Source of the DNA: Mobula hypostoma
Lineage: Eukaryota
Assembly: GCF_963921235.1 (NCBI RefSeq)
Contig: NC_086097.1
Span: forward strand, 183,708,001-183,772,000
Length of the DNA stretch: 64,000 nucleotides
Reading direction: 5' to 3'
The notes under the pieces are model-generated. The model was not told where the DNA came from. It ran no database searches and saw only the letters and a program-made list of their open reading frames with translations. The translations under genes and the position numbers were made by a program. Of this stretch, positions 34,946-47,259 are shown piece after piece (position 1 is the stretch's first letter; every line of letters starts with the position of its first letter).

Positions 34946-35972
34946 CCAGGAATAACTTGTGTACATTGAATTTTACCTTAAGCGAGGGGCACACGTATGA
35001 CGTGGTGGCATAATGACGTATGCCATTCATGTACTTGCTCGTATAACCCAGATACTTACAATCTCAGGTTTAAGGCCTCCTCCATGGTGGTTGCAGGAAT
35101 GGTTTCTGGGACTGCAGGATGTGGTTCTGAGAGCTTTGCAGTTGATTCTGAACAGTTTTCTTCTGAGTGTGTTGGCATCCTGAATAGTGCAAGGCAAGCT
35201 TTACTGGATGATGTGGATCCTAATGTGTGAGTACAGTGTCTGATGTCACCATTTTCTTTACCCCTTGGAAAGCCACCTCACATTGCTCTGTCCATTGCCA
35301 TTTCTTGCTAATCTGTGGTAACACATTCAAGGAGAGGAGTACAGCAGCCAGATTTGGCAGGAACCTGTTACAGTAATTGACAAACCCTGAACACGACCAC
35401 AGTTGTGACATGTCCTTTGGCCTTGGGGCATCCAACACTGTTTGTAATTTCTCAGCACACTTGAATAATGCTTGTGTGTCAATGGTGTGACCACAGTAAG
35501 TGAACCTTGGTTTAAAGAATTCACACTTATTGAGTTGAGCTCTGATCCAATAATCTTCTGATCTTTTTAACCCTGTCTTGAGGTTCTGGAGATGTTGCTT
35601 GTCATTCTTATTGGTAACAATGATGTCATCAAAGTAACACTGAGTGCCTAGCAGCCTCGCAGCACCTGGTCCGCAGATTTCTGCTGGAGTGCAGGTGCAG
35701 GTGCTGCTCCAAAAATAAGCCTATTATAGTGATAAAGCCCTTTGTGAGTGTTTATAGTAAAAAAGCAGTTTGGACCATTCTTCCACTTCCATTTGTAGGT
35801 AGGCCACAGCTAAGTCTACTTTGCTGAAGTGTTTTCCTCCAGAAAGGTTTGCGAAGATATCCTCTATTCTGTGCAGAAGGTATTAATCTACTTTCAGTAC
35901 TGATGGTGAGCTTAAAATCACCACAGATCCTGACAGACCTATTCTTCTTGGCTACAGGGACCACGAGCAACT
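34946..35972 (-). mobile_element. Mag-like gypsy fragment (partial LTR and RT), same family as 10516 and 58277
   Basis: VVPVAKKNRSVRICGDFK, GFVNYCNRFLPNLA, MVTSDTVLTH; LTR-like segment at 34946-35050. Confidence 0.8.
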
Positions 35973-36049
35973 GTGTGAATAAAAAATAAATTAAAAATAC
36001 TGAGACCATGAGTTGTAGTGTACTTGAAAGTGAATCCATAGATTGTGGA

Positions 36050-36196
36050 CAACACAAAATGCTGGAGGAACTCAGCAGGCCAGGCAGCATCTATGGAAAA
36101 GAGTAAACAGTCAATGTTCAGGCCCAGACCCTTCATCGGGTCCTCCAGCATTTTGTGTGTGTTGCTTGGATTTCCAGAATCTGTAGGTTTTCTCAA
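36050..36196. mobile_element. Fold-back mini-element from Penelope terminus, inserted in a Rex1 3' UTR
   Basis: CAACACAAAATGCTGGAGG...CCTCCAGCATTTTGTGTGTGTTG; TSD CCATAGATTGTGGA/CCATAGGTTGTGGA (36036-36049, 36197-36210). Confidence 0.8.
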
Positions 36197-36369
36197 CCAT
36201 AGGTTGTGGAATCAGTTCAGAGTTGAGATGAGTGAAATTATCCATGCTGGTCAGAAGTCTGATGGTTGAAGGGTAATATCTGTTACTTAACCTGGTTAAG
36301 TGGGACCTAAGGTTCCTGTATCTTTTTCCTGATGGCAGCAGCAAGTAAAGAGTGTGGCCTGGATGGTGA

Positions 36370-36602
36370 GCAACTTCCCAGCTGTTTAATTCAACCCTCC
36401 CCCTCCCACCTCCCCCAGTTTCACCTGTCACCTACTACCTTGTATTTCTTCCTCCCCTCCCTCACTTTCTTACTCTGACTTCTCATCTTCTTTTCTCCAG
36501 TCCTGATGAAGGGTCTTGGCCTGAAACATCGACTTTTTACTCCTTCCCAGGTGATGCTGCTTGCCCTGCTGAGGTCCTCCTGCATTTTGAGTGTGTTGCT
36601 CA
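36370..36602 (+). mobile_element. Penelope 3' terminus with hammerhead motif (36498-36535)
   Basis: CAGTC-CTGATGA-A-GGGT-CTTG-GCCT-GAAA-CATC-GACTT. Confidence 0.7.
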
Positions 36603-36944
36603 GAAATTTAAAAAAACCTGGTTTTCAGTTAAAATGAAGGTAAAGCCGCTCAATTGTTAGTAAAGATCTGACTGCTTTTTGGACATTTCTAGTCTTGTAT
36701 ATGTTCAGCATTAATATAGTTGATTTATTACTATCTCTAAAATAGTCTGGCTTGAGAAATATGCAACAATTGTGGCTTATGAGTGATACTTCAATACTGA
36801 GAACTTTTTAAAGCAAAATTGTTCTGCAATTCGCATTTTATTGTCACTTAGCTTTTTATAATAAATAGTGAACTTAACTAGGAATTATTTTGACTGGATG
36901 TTAATCTTGGTAAATTAAATTGGAAAATTGGTTTATTATTGTCC

Positions 36945-38065
36945 AATGGAGGATGAGAGGTGACCTGATAGAGATGTATAAGATGATGAGAGACATCAAT
37001 TGTGTGGATAGCCAGAGGCTTCTTCCCAGGGCAGAAATGGCTAACAGGAGCTTTTTGGTGCTTGGAAGTAGGTACAAGGGAGATGTCAGAGGTAAGTTTT
37101 TCCACACAGAGAGTGGTGGGTGCGTGGAATGCACTGCCAGCGAAGGTAATAGGGTACAATAGGGTCTTTTAAGAGTTATGTGGTAGGGAAATCTAGGCAG
37201 TTTCTAGAGCAGGTTACATTATTGGCACAACATTGTGGGCCAAAGAGCCTGTAATAGGCCGTAGATGTCTATGTTTCTATATCATAAGACCATAAGAGAT
37301 GTGAGCAGAATTAGGTCATTTGCTTTATCAAGTCTGCTTCACCATTCCATCGTGGCTGATTTATTAACCCTTCAAACCCCATTCTCCTGCCTTCTCCTCA
37401 TAATCTTTGATGACCTTACTAATCAAGAACCTATTAAGCTCCGCTTTAAGTAAACCCAATGACTTGGCCTCCACAGCCACCTGTGGCAATGAATTCCACA
37501 GATTCACCACTTACTGGCTGAAGAAATTCCTCCTCATCTCTCTTCTAAAGGAACATATTTCCAATTCTAAGTCTGTCCCCTCTGGCAATAGACTCCCCCG
37601 CTATAGGAATCATCCTCTCCACTTCCACTCTATCTAAGCCTTTTAATATTTGTTAAGTTTCAATGAGAAACTCCCAGCTCCCATTCTTATAAACTCCCGT
37701 GAGTACAGGGCCAGAACCATTAAAAGCTCCTCATAAGTTAATCCTTTCATTCTAGGTATCATTCTTGTAATCTACACCTGAATCCTTTCCAATGGCAGCA
37801 TACTCTTAGATATAGAGCCCGAAACTGTTCGCAATACTTCAAGTGCGGTCTGACCAATGCCTTATAAAGCCTCAGCATTAAATCCTTGCTTTTATATTCT
37901 AGTCCTCTCAAAATAAATGCTAACATTGCATTTGCCTTCCTTACTACTGATTCAGCCTGCAAATTAACCTTCAGGGAATCCTGCATAAAGAATCCTTTGC
38001 ATCTCTGATTTCTGAATTTTCTCTTCATTTAGGAAATAGTCTACACCTTTATTCCTTCTACCACA
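36945..38065. mobile_element. Two tail-to-tail CR1 3' fragments (+ 36945-37280; - 37282-38065)
   Basis: RMRGDLIEMYKMM on +; KALVRPHLKYC on -. Confidence 0.8.
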
Positions 38066-40230
38066 TTCAAAGGTACAGTGAAAAACATTGCTTTTGCATG
38101 CCATTGTTTCATTAAAACAGTGCACTGAGGTACAAAGGAAAACAATAACAGAATGCAGATTAAGTGCTATAGTTACGGAGAAAGTGCAGTGCAGGCAGAC
38201 AATTTAGTGCAAGGCTAAAATAATGCAGATTGTAAGGTCAAAGTCCTTTTTCATTGCATTAAGGGACTGTTTAATAGCTGCATAACAGCAGGATAGAAGC
38301 TTTCCTTAAGCCTAGTGATACATGACGAATACAAAATATCAAATGGTCACCATTAATTCAACTGCCAACGATACATCTTTCTTACTTTAATTTCCTCTAC
38401 ATAAAAATCACCATACATAAAAGACAGAAAATATAAATATTTAATGAGTTGCTGAATTGCTTGATTTATCAATTGCCCAAACCTAAAGTAATGAAGTAGT
38501 TGTGTCCATTTTAAGACATTGTGTTCAGTTTTATTCACCTCCATTATTGGTGAATAAAAATCATGGAAAAAAAAATCTTCTGAATAAACACTGATCAAAA
38601 TTACATTGGTTTTCTCAAGACAAAGAGAATTTAATACTTTTATCTCAGAAGTGCACTGAGTAAAGGACTTTTATTGAGTTAATTGCTGACATTTCAAAAC
38701 TGAATTCCACATATTGTTTTGCCCACTATTCCTCCTCCCACTAGCAATTATTACCGCTCTCCCAATAATCATTGGATATTATGACATCAAGTGGACACAT
38801 ATAGAAAATCCAGTCTTCGAAAATTTTATGAAAATTGATTAAATAGAAAATTGATCTCTCTTTTAAATGTTAAATGCACAATACATTAATGGACTGCATT
38901 GTACTTGATCTAACATGCTACCTGCTAAACTATCCTTCTGCATAAGAACACAAGAAATAGGAGCAGGAGTAGGCCATCTGGCCTGTCAAGCCTGCTCCAC
39001 CATTCAATAAGATCATGGCTGATCTGGCCATGGATTCATCTCCTCCTACCTGCATTTTCCCCTTAACCCTTAATTCCCCTACTATGCAAAAATATGACCA
39101 ACCTTGTCTTAAGTATACTTACTGAGGTCTGGGAAAAGCAGTTCCTCCTCATTTCTGTCCTAAATTTACTCCCCTGAATCTTGAGACTATGTCAATAGAC
39201 AAAAGGCAATAGGTGCAGGAGTAGGCCATTCAGCCCTTCGAGCCAGCACCACCATTCACTGTGATCATGGCTGATCATCCACAATCAGTACCCTTTTCCT
39301 GCCTTCTCCCCATATCCCTTCACTCCGCTATCTTTAAGAGCTCTATCTAACACTTTCTTGAAAGAATCCAGAGAATTGGCCTCCACTGCCTTCTGAGGCA
39401 GAGCATTCCACAGAACCACAACCCTCTGTGTAAAAAAGTTTTTCCTCAACTCCGTTCTAAATTGTTTACCCCTTATTCTTAAACTGTGGCCTCTGGTTCT
39501 GGACTCCCCCAACATCGGGAACATGTTTCCTGCCTCTAGCATGTCCAATGCCTTAATAATTTTATATGTTTCAATCAGATCCCCTCTCATCCTTCTAAAT
39601 TCCAGTGTATACAACCCCAGTCGCTCCAATCTTTCAACATGTGACAGTTCCGCCATCCCGGGAATTAACTTTGTGAACCTACGCTGCACTCCCTCAATAG
39701 CTAGAATGTCCTTCCTCAAATTTGGAGACCAAAACTGCACACAGTACCCCAGGTATGGTCTCACCAGGGCCCTGTACAGCTGCAGAAGGATCTCTTTGCT
39801 CCTATACTCAACTCCCCTTGTTATAAAGGCCAACATGCCATTAGCTTTCTTCACTGCCTGCTGTACCTGCATGCTTACTTTCAGTGACTGATGAACAAGG
39901 ACACCTAGATCTTGTTGTACTTACCCTTTTCCTAACTTGATACCATTCAGATAGTAATCTGCCTTCCGGCTCTTGCCACCAAAATGGATAACCTCACAGT
40001 TATCCACATTAAACTGCATCTGCCATGCATCTGCCCACTCACCCAGCCTGTCCAAGTCACTCTGCATTCTCATAACATCCTACTCACATTTCACACTGCC
40101 ACCCAGCTACTTTTAATCCCTTCACCTAAATCATTAATGTATATTGTAAATAGCTGCGGTCCCTGCACCGAGCCTTGTGGTACCCCACTAGTCACTTCCT
40201 GCCATTCTGAAAAGGACCCATTAATCCCTA

Positions 40231-42007
40231 GCACCTGGCCCTAGCACTCGGCCATTGTCTCCCACACCATCACTGACTTTATCCGCTCAGGGGATCTCCC
40301 ATCCACTGCTACCAACCTCATAGTTCCCACACCTCACACTTCCCGTTTCTACCTCCTACCCAAGATCCACAAACCTGCCTGTCCTGGCCGACCTATTGTC
40401 TCAGCTTGCTCCTGCCCCACCGAACTCATTTCTGCATACCTCGACACAGTTTTATCCCCCCTTGTTCAATCCCTTCCTACCTATGTTCGTGACACTTCTC
40501 ACACTCTTAAACTTTTCGATGATTTTAAGTTCCCTGGCCCCCACCACTTTATTTTCACCATGGATGTCCAGTCCCTATATACTTCCATCCCCCATCAGGA
40601 AGGTCTCAAAGCTCTCCGCTTCTTTTTGGATTCCATATCTAACCAGTTCCCCTCTACCACCACTCTCCTCCGTCTAGCGGAATTAGTCCTTACTCTTAAT
40701 AATTTCTCCTTTAGCTCCTCCCACTTCCTCCAAACTAAAGGTGTAGCTATGGGCACCCGTATGGGTCCTAGCTGTGCCTGCCTTTTTGTTGGCTTTGTGG
40801 AACAATCTATGTTCCCAACCTATTCTGGTATCTGTCCTCCACTTTTCCTTCGCTACATCGACGACTGCATTGGCGCTGCTTCCTGCACGCATGCTGAGCT
40901 CATTGACTTTATTAACTTTGCCTCCAACTTTCACCCTGCCCTCAAGTTTACCTGGTCCATTTCTGACACCTCCCTCCCCCTTCTAGATCTTTCTGTCTCT
41001 ATCTCTGGAGACAGCATATCTACTGATGTCTACTATAAGCCTACTGACTCTCACAGCTATCTGGACTATTCCTCTTCTCACCCTGTCTCTTGCAAAAATG
41101 CCATCCCTTTCTCGCAATTCCTCCGTCTCCACCGCATCTGCTCTCAGGATGAGGCTTTTCATTCCAGGACGAGGGAGATGTCCTCCTTTTTTAAAGAAAG
41201 GGGCTTCCCTTCCTCCACCATCAACTCTGCTCTCAAACGAATCTCCCCCATTTCACGCACATCTGACCTCACTCCATCCTCCCGCCACCCCACTAGGAAT
41301 AGGGTTCCCCTGGTCCTCACCTACCACCCCACCAGCCTCCAGGTCCAACATATTATTCTCCGTAACTTCCGCCACCTCCAACAGGATCCCACCACTAAGC
41401 ACATCTTTCCCTCCTCCCCCCTGCTTTCCACAAGGATCACTCCCTATGCGACTCCCTTGTCCATTCGTCCCCCCCATCCCTCCCCACTGATCTCCCTCCT
41501 GGCACTTATCCTTGCAAGTGGAACAAGTGCTACACATGCCCTTACACTTCCTCCCTTACCACCATTCAGGGCCCCAGATAGTCCTTCCAGGTGAGGCGAC
41601 ACTTCACCTGTGAGTCGGCTGGGGTGATATACTGCGTCCGGTGCTCCTGACGTGGCCTTCTATATATTGGCGAGACCCGATGCAGACTGGGAGATCATTT
41701 TGCTGAACACCTACGCTCTGTCCGCCAGAGAAAGCAGGATCTCCCAGTGGCCACACATTTTAATTCCGCCTCCCATTCCCATTCTGACATGTCTATCCAT
41801 GGCCTCCTCTACTGTAAAGATGAAGCCACACTCAGGTTGGAGGAACAACACCTTATATTCCGTCTGGGTAGCCTCCAACCTGATGGCATGAACATTGACT
41901 TCTCAAACTTCCGCTAATGCCCCACCTCCCCCCGTACCCCATCCGTTATTTATATGCACACATTCATTCTCTCTCTCGTTCTCTCTTTCTTTCTCTCTCT
42001 CTCTTTC

Positions 42008-42038
<31 letters not shown>

Positions 42039-42405
42039 TTTCTCCCTCTGTCCCTCTGACTATACCCCTTGCCCATCCTCTGGGCTTTTCCCCCCGCTCC
42101 CCCTTTTCCTTCTCCTTGGGCCTCCTGTCCCATGATCCTCTCATACTCCTTTTGCCAATCACCTGTCCAGCTCTTGGCTCCGTCCCTCCCCCTCCTGTCT
42201 TCTCCTATCATTTCGGATCTCCCCCTCCCCCTCCCACTTTTAAATCTCTTACTAGCTCTTTCTTCAGTTAGTCCTGACGAAGGGTCTCGGCCTGAAACAT
42301 CGACTGTACTTCTTCCTAGAGATGCTGCCTGTCCTGCTGCGTTCACCAGCAACTTTGATGTGTGTTGCTTGACTTTCCAGCATCTGCAGAATTCCTCGTG
42401 TTTGC
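40231..42405 (+). mobile_element. Penelope-like element (Neptune-type), 5'-truncated: RT + Cys linker + GIY-YIG + 3' terminus
   Basis: YLLPKIHK..GRPIVS, MDVQSLYTSIP, GVAMGTRMGP, RYIDD; CKWNKCYTC; VIYCVRC..LYIGET. Frameshift near 41420 and TGA at 41648. TSD (C)ATTAATCCCTA (40219-40230, 42405-42416). Confidence 0.95.
42269..42306 (+). ncRNA. Minimal type I hammerhead ribozyme motif
   Basis: TAGTC-CTGACGA-A-GGGT-CTCG-GCCT-GAAA-CATC^GACTG; the stem III G>A change is consistent with CpG decay. Confidence 0.65.
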
Positions 42406-43035
42406 ATTAATCCCTACTCTTTGTTTCCTGTCTGCCAACCAATTTTCTATCCATGTCAGTACCCTACCCCCAATAGCATTTGCTCTAATTTTGTCCACTA
42501 ACCTCCTATGTGGGACCTTATCAAAGGCTTTCTGAAAGTCCAGGTACACTACATCCACTGGCTTTCCCATGTCCATTTTCATAGTTACATTCTCAAAAAA
42601 TTCCAGAAGATTCGTCAAGCATGATTTCCCCTTTGTAAATCCATGCGGACTCAGACTTATGCTGCCACTGCTATCCAAATATGCCGCTATTTCATCTTTT
42701 ATAATTGGTTCCAGCGTCTTCCCCACCACTGATGTCAGACTATCTGGTCTTCAATTGCCTGTTTTCTCTCTCCCTCCTTTCTTAAAAAGTGGGATAACAT
42801 TAGCTACCCTCCAATCCGTAGGAACTGATCATGAATCTATAGAACATTGGAAAATTATTACCAATGCATCCACGATTTCTAGAGCCACCTCCTTAAGTAC
42901 CCTGGGATACAGACCATCAGGCCCTGGGGATTTATCAGCCTTCAGTCCTATCAGTCTACCCAACACTATTTTCTGCCTGATGTAAATTTCCCCTAGTTCT
43001 ATTCTCACCTACCAGTGGAAAGACCTCCTCCTACG

Positions 43036-45672
43036 AGGAGGAGATCTGTGTGTTTATATAAACAAAGACTGGTGTGTGAACGCTACAGTAGCTGCTAAAC
43101 ACTGCTCACCACTGGCTGAATTTCTCATTGTGAAATGCCGGCCATTCTATCTGCCGAGGGAATTCACCATCATGTTTGTGGCAGCTGTTTATGTAGCTCC
43201 CAGTGCCAATGCTAAGGCTAATGCTAACAAAGCACTGGGAGACCTTCATGAAGCCATCAGTGAGCTACTGACTACGCATCCTGACAGCTTTGTGGTGATT
43301 GCTGGGGACTTTAACCACACCAGCTTAAAGACTGTGTTCCCCAAATTCCGGCAATATGTGGATTTCAAAACCAGGGGAGACAACACACTGGACTTGGTTT
43401 ATACCAACACACCACAGGCATACAAAGCAGCCCCCCGCCCTCATCTTGGCCACTCTGACCACATATCTGTCATGTTAACACCAGCATATAAACCACTGCT
43501 TAAACGTGTGACGGCAGAGAAAAGAGAGATAAGGGTCTGGCCAAAAGGAGCAGACTCAGCACTACAAGACTTTTTTTCCCCCCACAGACTGGGACATATT
43601 CAAAACAGCAGCCTCCTATGATGACCATACAGACATTGAGGAGTATGCGGAGGCAGTAACCAGCTACATAGCCAAATGCACAGAGGATGTCACTGTGATG
43701 AAAACCGTCACCTCACGTGGTTATAAAAAACCATGGATGACAACAGAGGTGCGTTCACTACTGAAGGCCCATGACAGCCTACAGATCGGGGGACAGGAGT
43801 GCGCTTCGCTCAGCCAGGTCTGCACTTTCACTCGGGATCAGGAAAGCAAAAAAGGCCTACACGGGCAAAATATATGGACACTTCTGTGACACAGGTGACA
43901 CCAGACGGATGTGGCAGGGAATTAAAGCTCTGACAGACTACAAGACCAGGCAGAAAACTGATGACAGCGACACCCCTCTACCAGACAGGCTTAACAATTT
44001 CTTTGCCCGCTTTGAAGCATCAAACACTACAGCAAGGGGGAGAGCCAGTCCCTTTTTACCATCTGACCAGCCGGTTCCAATCGTTGATCCAGAGCAAACA
44101 CGGTGCCAGGGTCAACCCAAGAAAGCGGGAGGTCCCGACAACAATCCTGGATGTGTGCTCAAGGAATGTGCTGATGTATTAGCAGATGTCCTGAAAGACA
44201 TTTTCAACATCTCCCTTAGTCAAGCTATTGTCCCTAGATGCTTCAAAACCTCCATAATCATCCCTGTAGCAAAGAAATCAGTTGTAGCCTGTCTGAATGA
44301 TTACCGTCCCGTTGCCCTGACCCCCATAGTGATGAAATGTTTTGAACGGCTTGTCAAGCCTCATATCACAGCCAGCCTCCCTTCATCCCTGGAACCTCTA
44401 CAGTTTGCTTATCGTCCAAATCGCTCTACGGAGGACGCAATAGCCATCACACGGCACACAGTTCTCTCTCACTTGGACAACAAAGGCACTTATGCCAGAG
44501 TCCTGTACATTGATTTCAGTTCAGCGTTCAATACCATCATCCCGCAGAGACTAGTGGAGAAACTGTCGCTGCTTAGCCTTAGCACTGCCATGTGTCGCTG
44601 GATTCTGGATTTCTTGACAGAGAGACCACAGTCAGTCCATGTTGGCAGGAACATCTCTGACTCCATCACACTGAGCACTGGATCCCCACAAGGCTGTGTG
44701 CTTAGCCCATTGCTGTTTACACTGCTAACACATGACTGTGCAGCCAGATTCAAGGAGAACCTGATCATTAAATCTGCAGTTGATACCACAGTGGTGGGGC
44801 TCATCAGCAAAAATGATGAAACAATGTACAGGGAGGAGGTCAAACACCTAGAGAGATGGTGCAGGGATAACAACTTGATGCTTAATGTCACCAAAACCAA
44901 GGAGCTGATCGTCGATTTCAGACGGTCTCAGCCTGAGCACACACCCCTCAGCATCTGTGACTCCACAGTGGAGAGAGTGGAAAACATCAAGTTCCTTGGG
45001 GTGCAGACCTTGGACAATCTCACCTGGTCCAGGAACACCACTGGGATTGTGAAACGGGCCCAGCAGAGATTGCACTTTCTGAGGAATCTTAAACAAGCAT
45101 CACTCCCCACTAACATCTTAACTACATTCTACAGAGGCGTGGTTGAGAGTGTGCTGACCTTTTGCATCACAACCTGGTACTCCAGCTGTGGTGCTGTCAA
45201 CAAAAAAGCCTTGCAGAGGGTGGTTAGGGGAGCAGAGAAGGTTATTAGGGTCTCCCTACCTTCTGTTCCAGACCTCGTTCAGAGTCGATGCCTCCAGAAG
45301 ACACGGTACATCATTAAAGACCCCTCACACCCTCTCAATGAACTGTTTGTTCTTCTGCCATCAGGCAAACGTTACAGGAGCATCAAAACTAAAATCACAA
45401 GGCTACTAAATGGCTTCCTCCCATAGGCAGTCAGACTGCTAAATAGCTGCTCTACCTGACTCTGCTTTGGACACTTTTAACTTGCACTAGACACTTATAA
45501 CTTGATTTTAACTGACATGTGGCTGTTGTGTTTTACTATTTATTGTTATGTTTATTATTTAGTGCTGCGTTCGTTATGTTATGATTGCACTGCTCCTGAG
45601 AAACGCTGTCTCATTCTGCCCTGCAGAGCTGATGTACGGTTAGAATGACAATAAAGTTTTTTGAATCTTTGA
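43036..45672 (+). mobile_element. Rex1/Babar LINE, 5'-truncated, APE endonuclease + RT, disabled
   Basis: [71 protein letters not shown]. Catalytic FADD reads SAVD; frameshifts; ACAATAAAG...TTGAATCTTTGAA tail. Confidence 0.93.
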
Positions 45673-45674
45673 AA

Positions 45675-46465
45675 ATAACTTTCTTGCCTCTATCTTATCT
45701 GTCCCTTTCATAATTTTATATGTTTCTATAAGATCTCATCTCATTTGTCTGAATTCCAGTGATTACAGTCCCAGGCAACTCAATCTCTCCTCATAGTCTA
45801 GCCCCCTCATCTCTGGAATCAACCTGGTGAGCCTCCTCTGCACCACCTCCAAAGTCTTCCTCAAGTAAGGAGATCAGAACTGCATGCAGTATTCCAGGTA
45901 TGGGCTCACCAGTACCCTGTACAGTTGCAGCATAACCTCCCTGCTCTTAAATTCAATTCCCTCAAACAATGAAGGCCAATATTCCATTTGCCTTCTTGAT
46001 AAACTGCTGCATCTGCAAACCAACCTTTTGTGATTCATGCACAAGAACTCCCAAGTCCCTCTGCACAGCAGTACGCTGCAAATTTTTTCACTACTTAAAT
46101 AATAATCTGTTCTTTCATTTTTCCTTCCAAAGTGGATGATCTCACATTTACCAACATAGTACTCCATCTGCCAGACCTTTGCCCATTCACTTAACCTATC
46201 TATATCTCTCTGCAGACTCTCCATATCTTCTGCACAATTTTGTTTTTCCACTCAATTTAGTGTCATCAGCAAACTTAGATACACTACACTTGGTCCCCTC
46301 TTCCAGATCTTTAATGTATATCGTGAACAGTTGTGAGCCTAACACTGACCCCTGTGGCACAATGCTCACCACTGATTTCCAACCAGAGTAACACCCATAT
46401 ATCCTAACTCTCTGCTCTCTATTAGTTAACCCATCCTCTATCCATGCTAATACATCACCCACAAA
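45675..46465 (-). mobile_element. CR1 ORF2 fragment
   Basis: [31 protein letters not shown]. Confidence 0.85.
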
Positions 46466-46928
46466 TTTGCCACTCCTGTTGATTGGGCATCTGGTGACTA
46501 TGGTGGGCCACAAGTAGTGATGGTCTTGAAGCATTGCGTCTTCCACAAGCTCCACCCTGATGGTCTTTGATAGCTAAGTTGAAAAATAGCTGAAATTGAC
46601 TTAAATAACTAAGAAAAATGGCAATGCATTTAGCTAAAAACATAAAACTACTGAAAATTGACCAAAAGAAATATCGGGGATCTATTGATGCAGATTTAAG
46701 AGCTATTGGGTGATAAACTGGAGGCAGTTCACCCTACTCTTCTTGCATACATTTTGGAGCAGCTGGGAAGCTCTGAATGCAGCCGTGAGAGGCTGCAGAT
46801 GTCCTTGATCACTTCGGCCAGTTAGTTGGTGCAGGCTTTCCACACCCAGCCAGGTGCATTCCCGGGAGCTGACTGCTTGTGAGGGTTCACCCTCTTGATG
46901 GATGTTCTCAGGTAAGCTGCCACGTGTT

Positions 46929-47170
46929 GGGCACGTGGCCAAGTGGTTAAGGCGTTTGTCTAGTGATCTGAAGGTCACTGGTTCAAGCCTCAGCTGTGGC
47001 AGCACGTTTGTGTCCTTGAGCAAGGCACTTAACCACACATTGCTCTAGTGTCTGTGCGAGGAGTGGCGTCCCACACAGACTTCCAATCTGCTCCTTGTAA
47101 GGCATGAAAGTGCCTGACGCAGGCCTCTCATGGTCTAAGTCGATGTTCCATCCTCCCTCCTCCCCCCTCC
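46929..47170 (+). mobile_element. tRNA-derived CORE-type SINE
   Basis: A box TGGCCAAGTGG, B box GGTTCAAGCC, core GTGTCCTTGAGCAAGGCACTTAACC. Confidence 0.8.
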
Positions 47171-47259
47171 CCTGCCTAGGGTCAGAAGGTCACCAGATGC
47201 CGTGGGGATTCATAGAGGCATATTTTCCCTTTCAAAGCATGCACAAAAAATGTTGAGCT

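Larger units (their letters stand above)
38941..43000 (-). mobile_element. CR1 ORF2 (relatively young from about 39196) plus an adjacent CR1 tail, split by the Penelope insertion
   Basis: 195-aa ORF 39285-39872 (ALVRPYLGYCVQFWSP...WNALP); 42405-43000 HGFTKGKSCLTNLLEFFE, YLDFQKAFDKVPH. Confidence 0.9.

Noticed and set aside
46929..47000. tRNA gene (also heads at 15879 and 34708)
   Set aside because: A/B boxes run straight into SINE core and tail sequence with no acceptor-stem closure.
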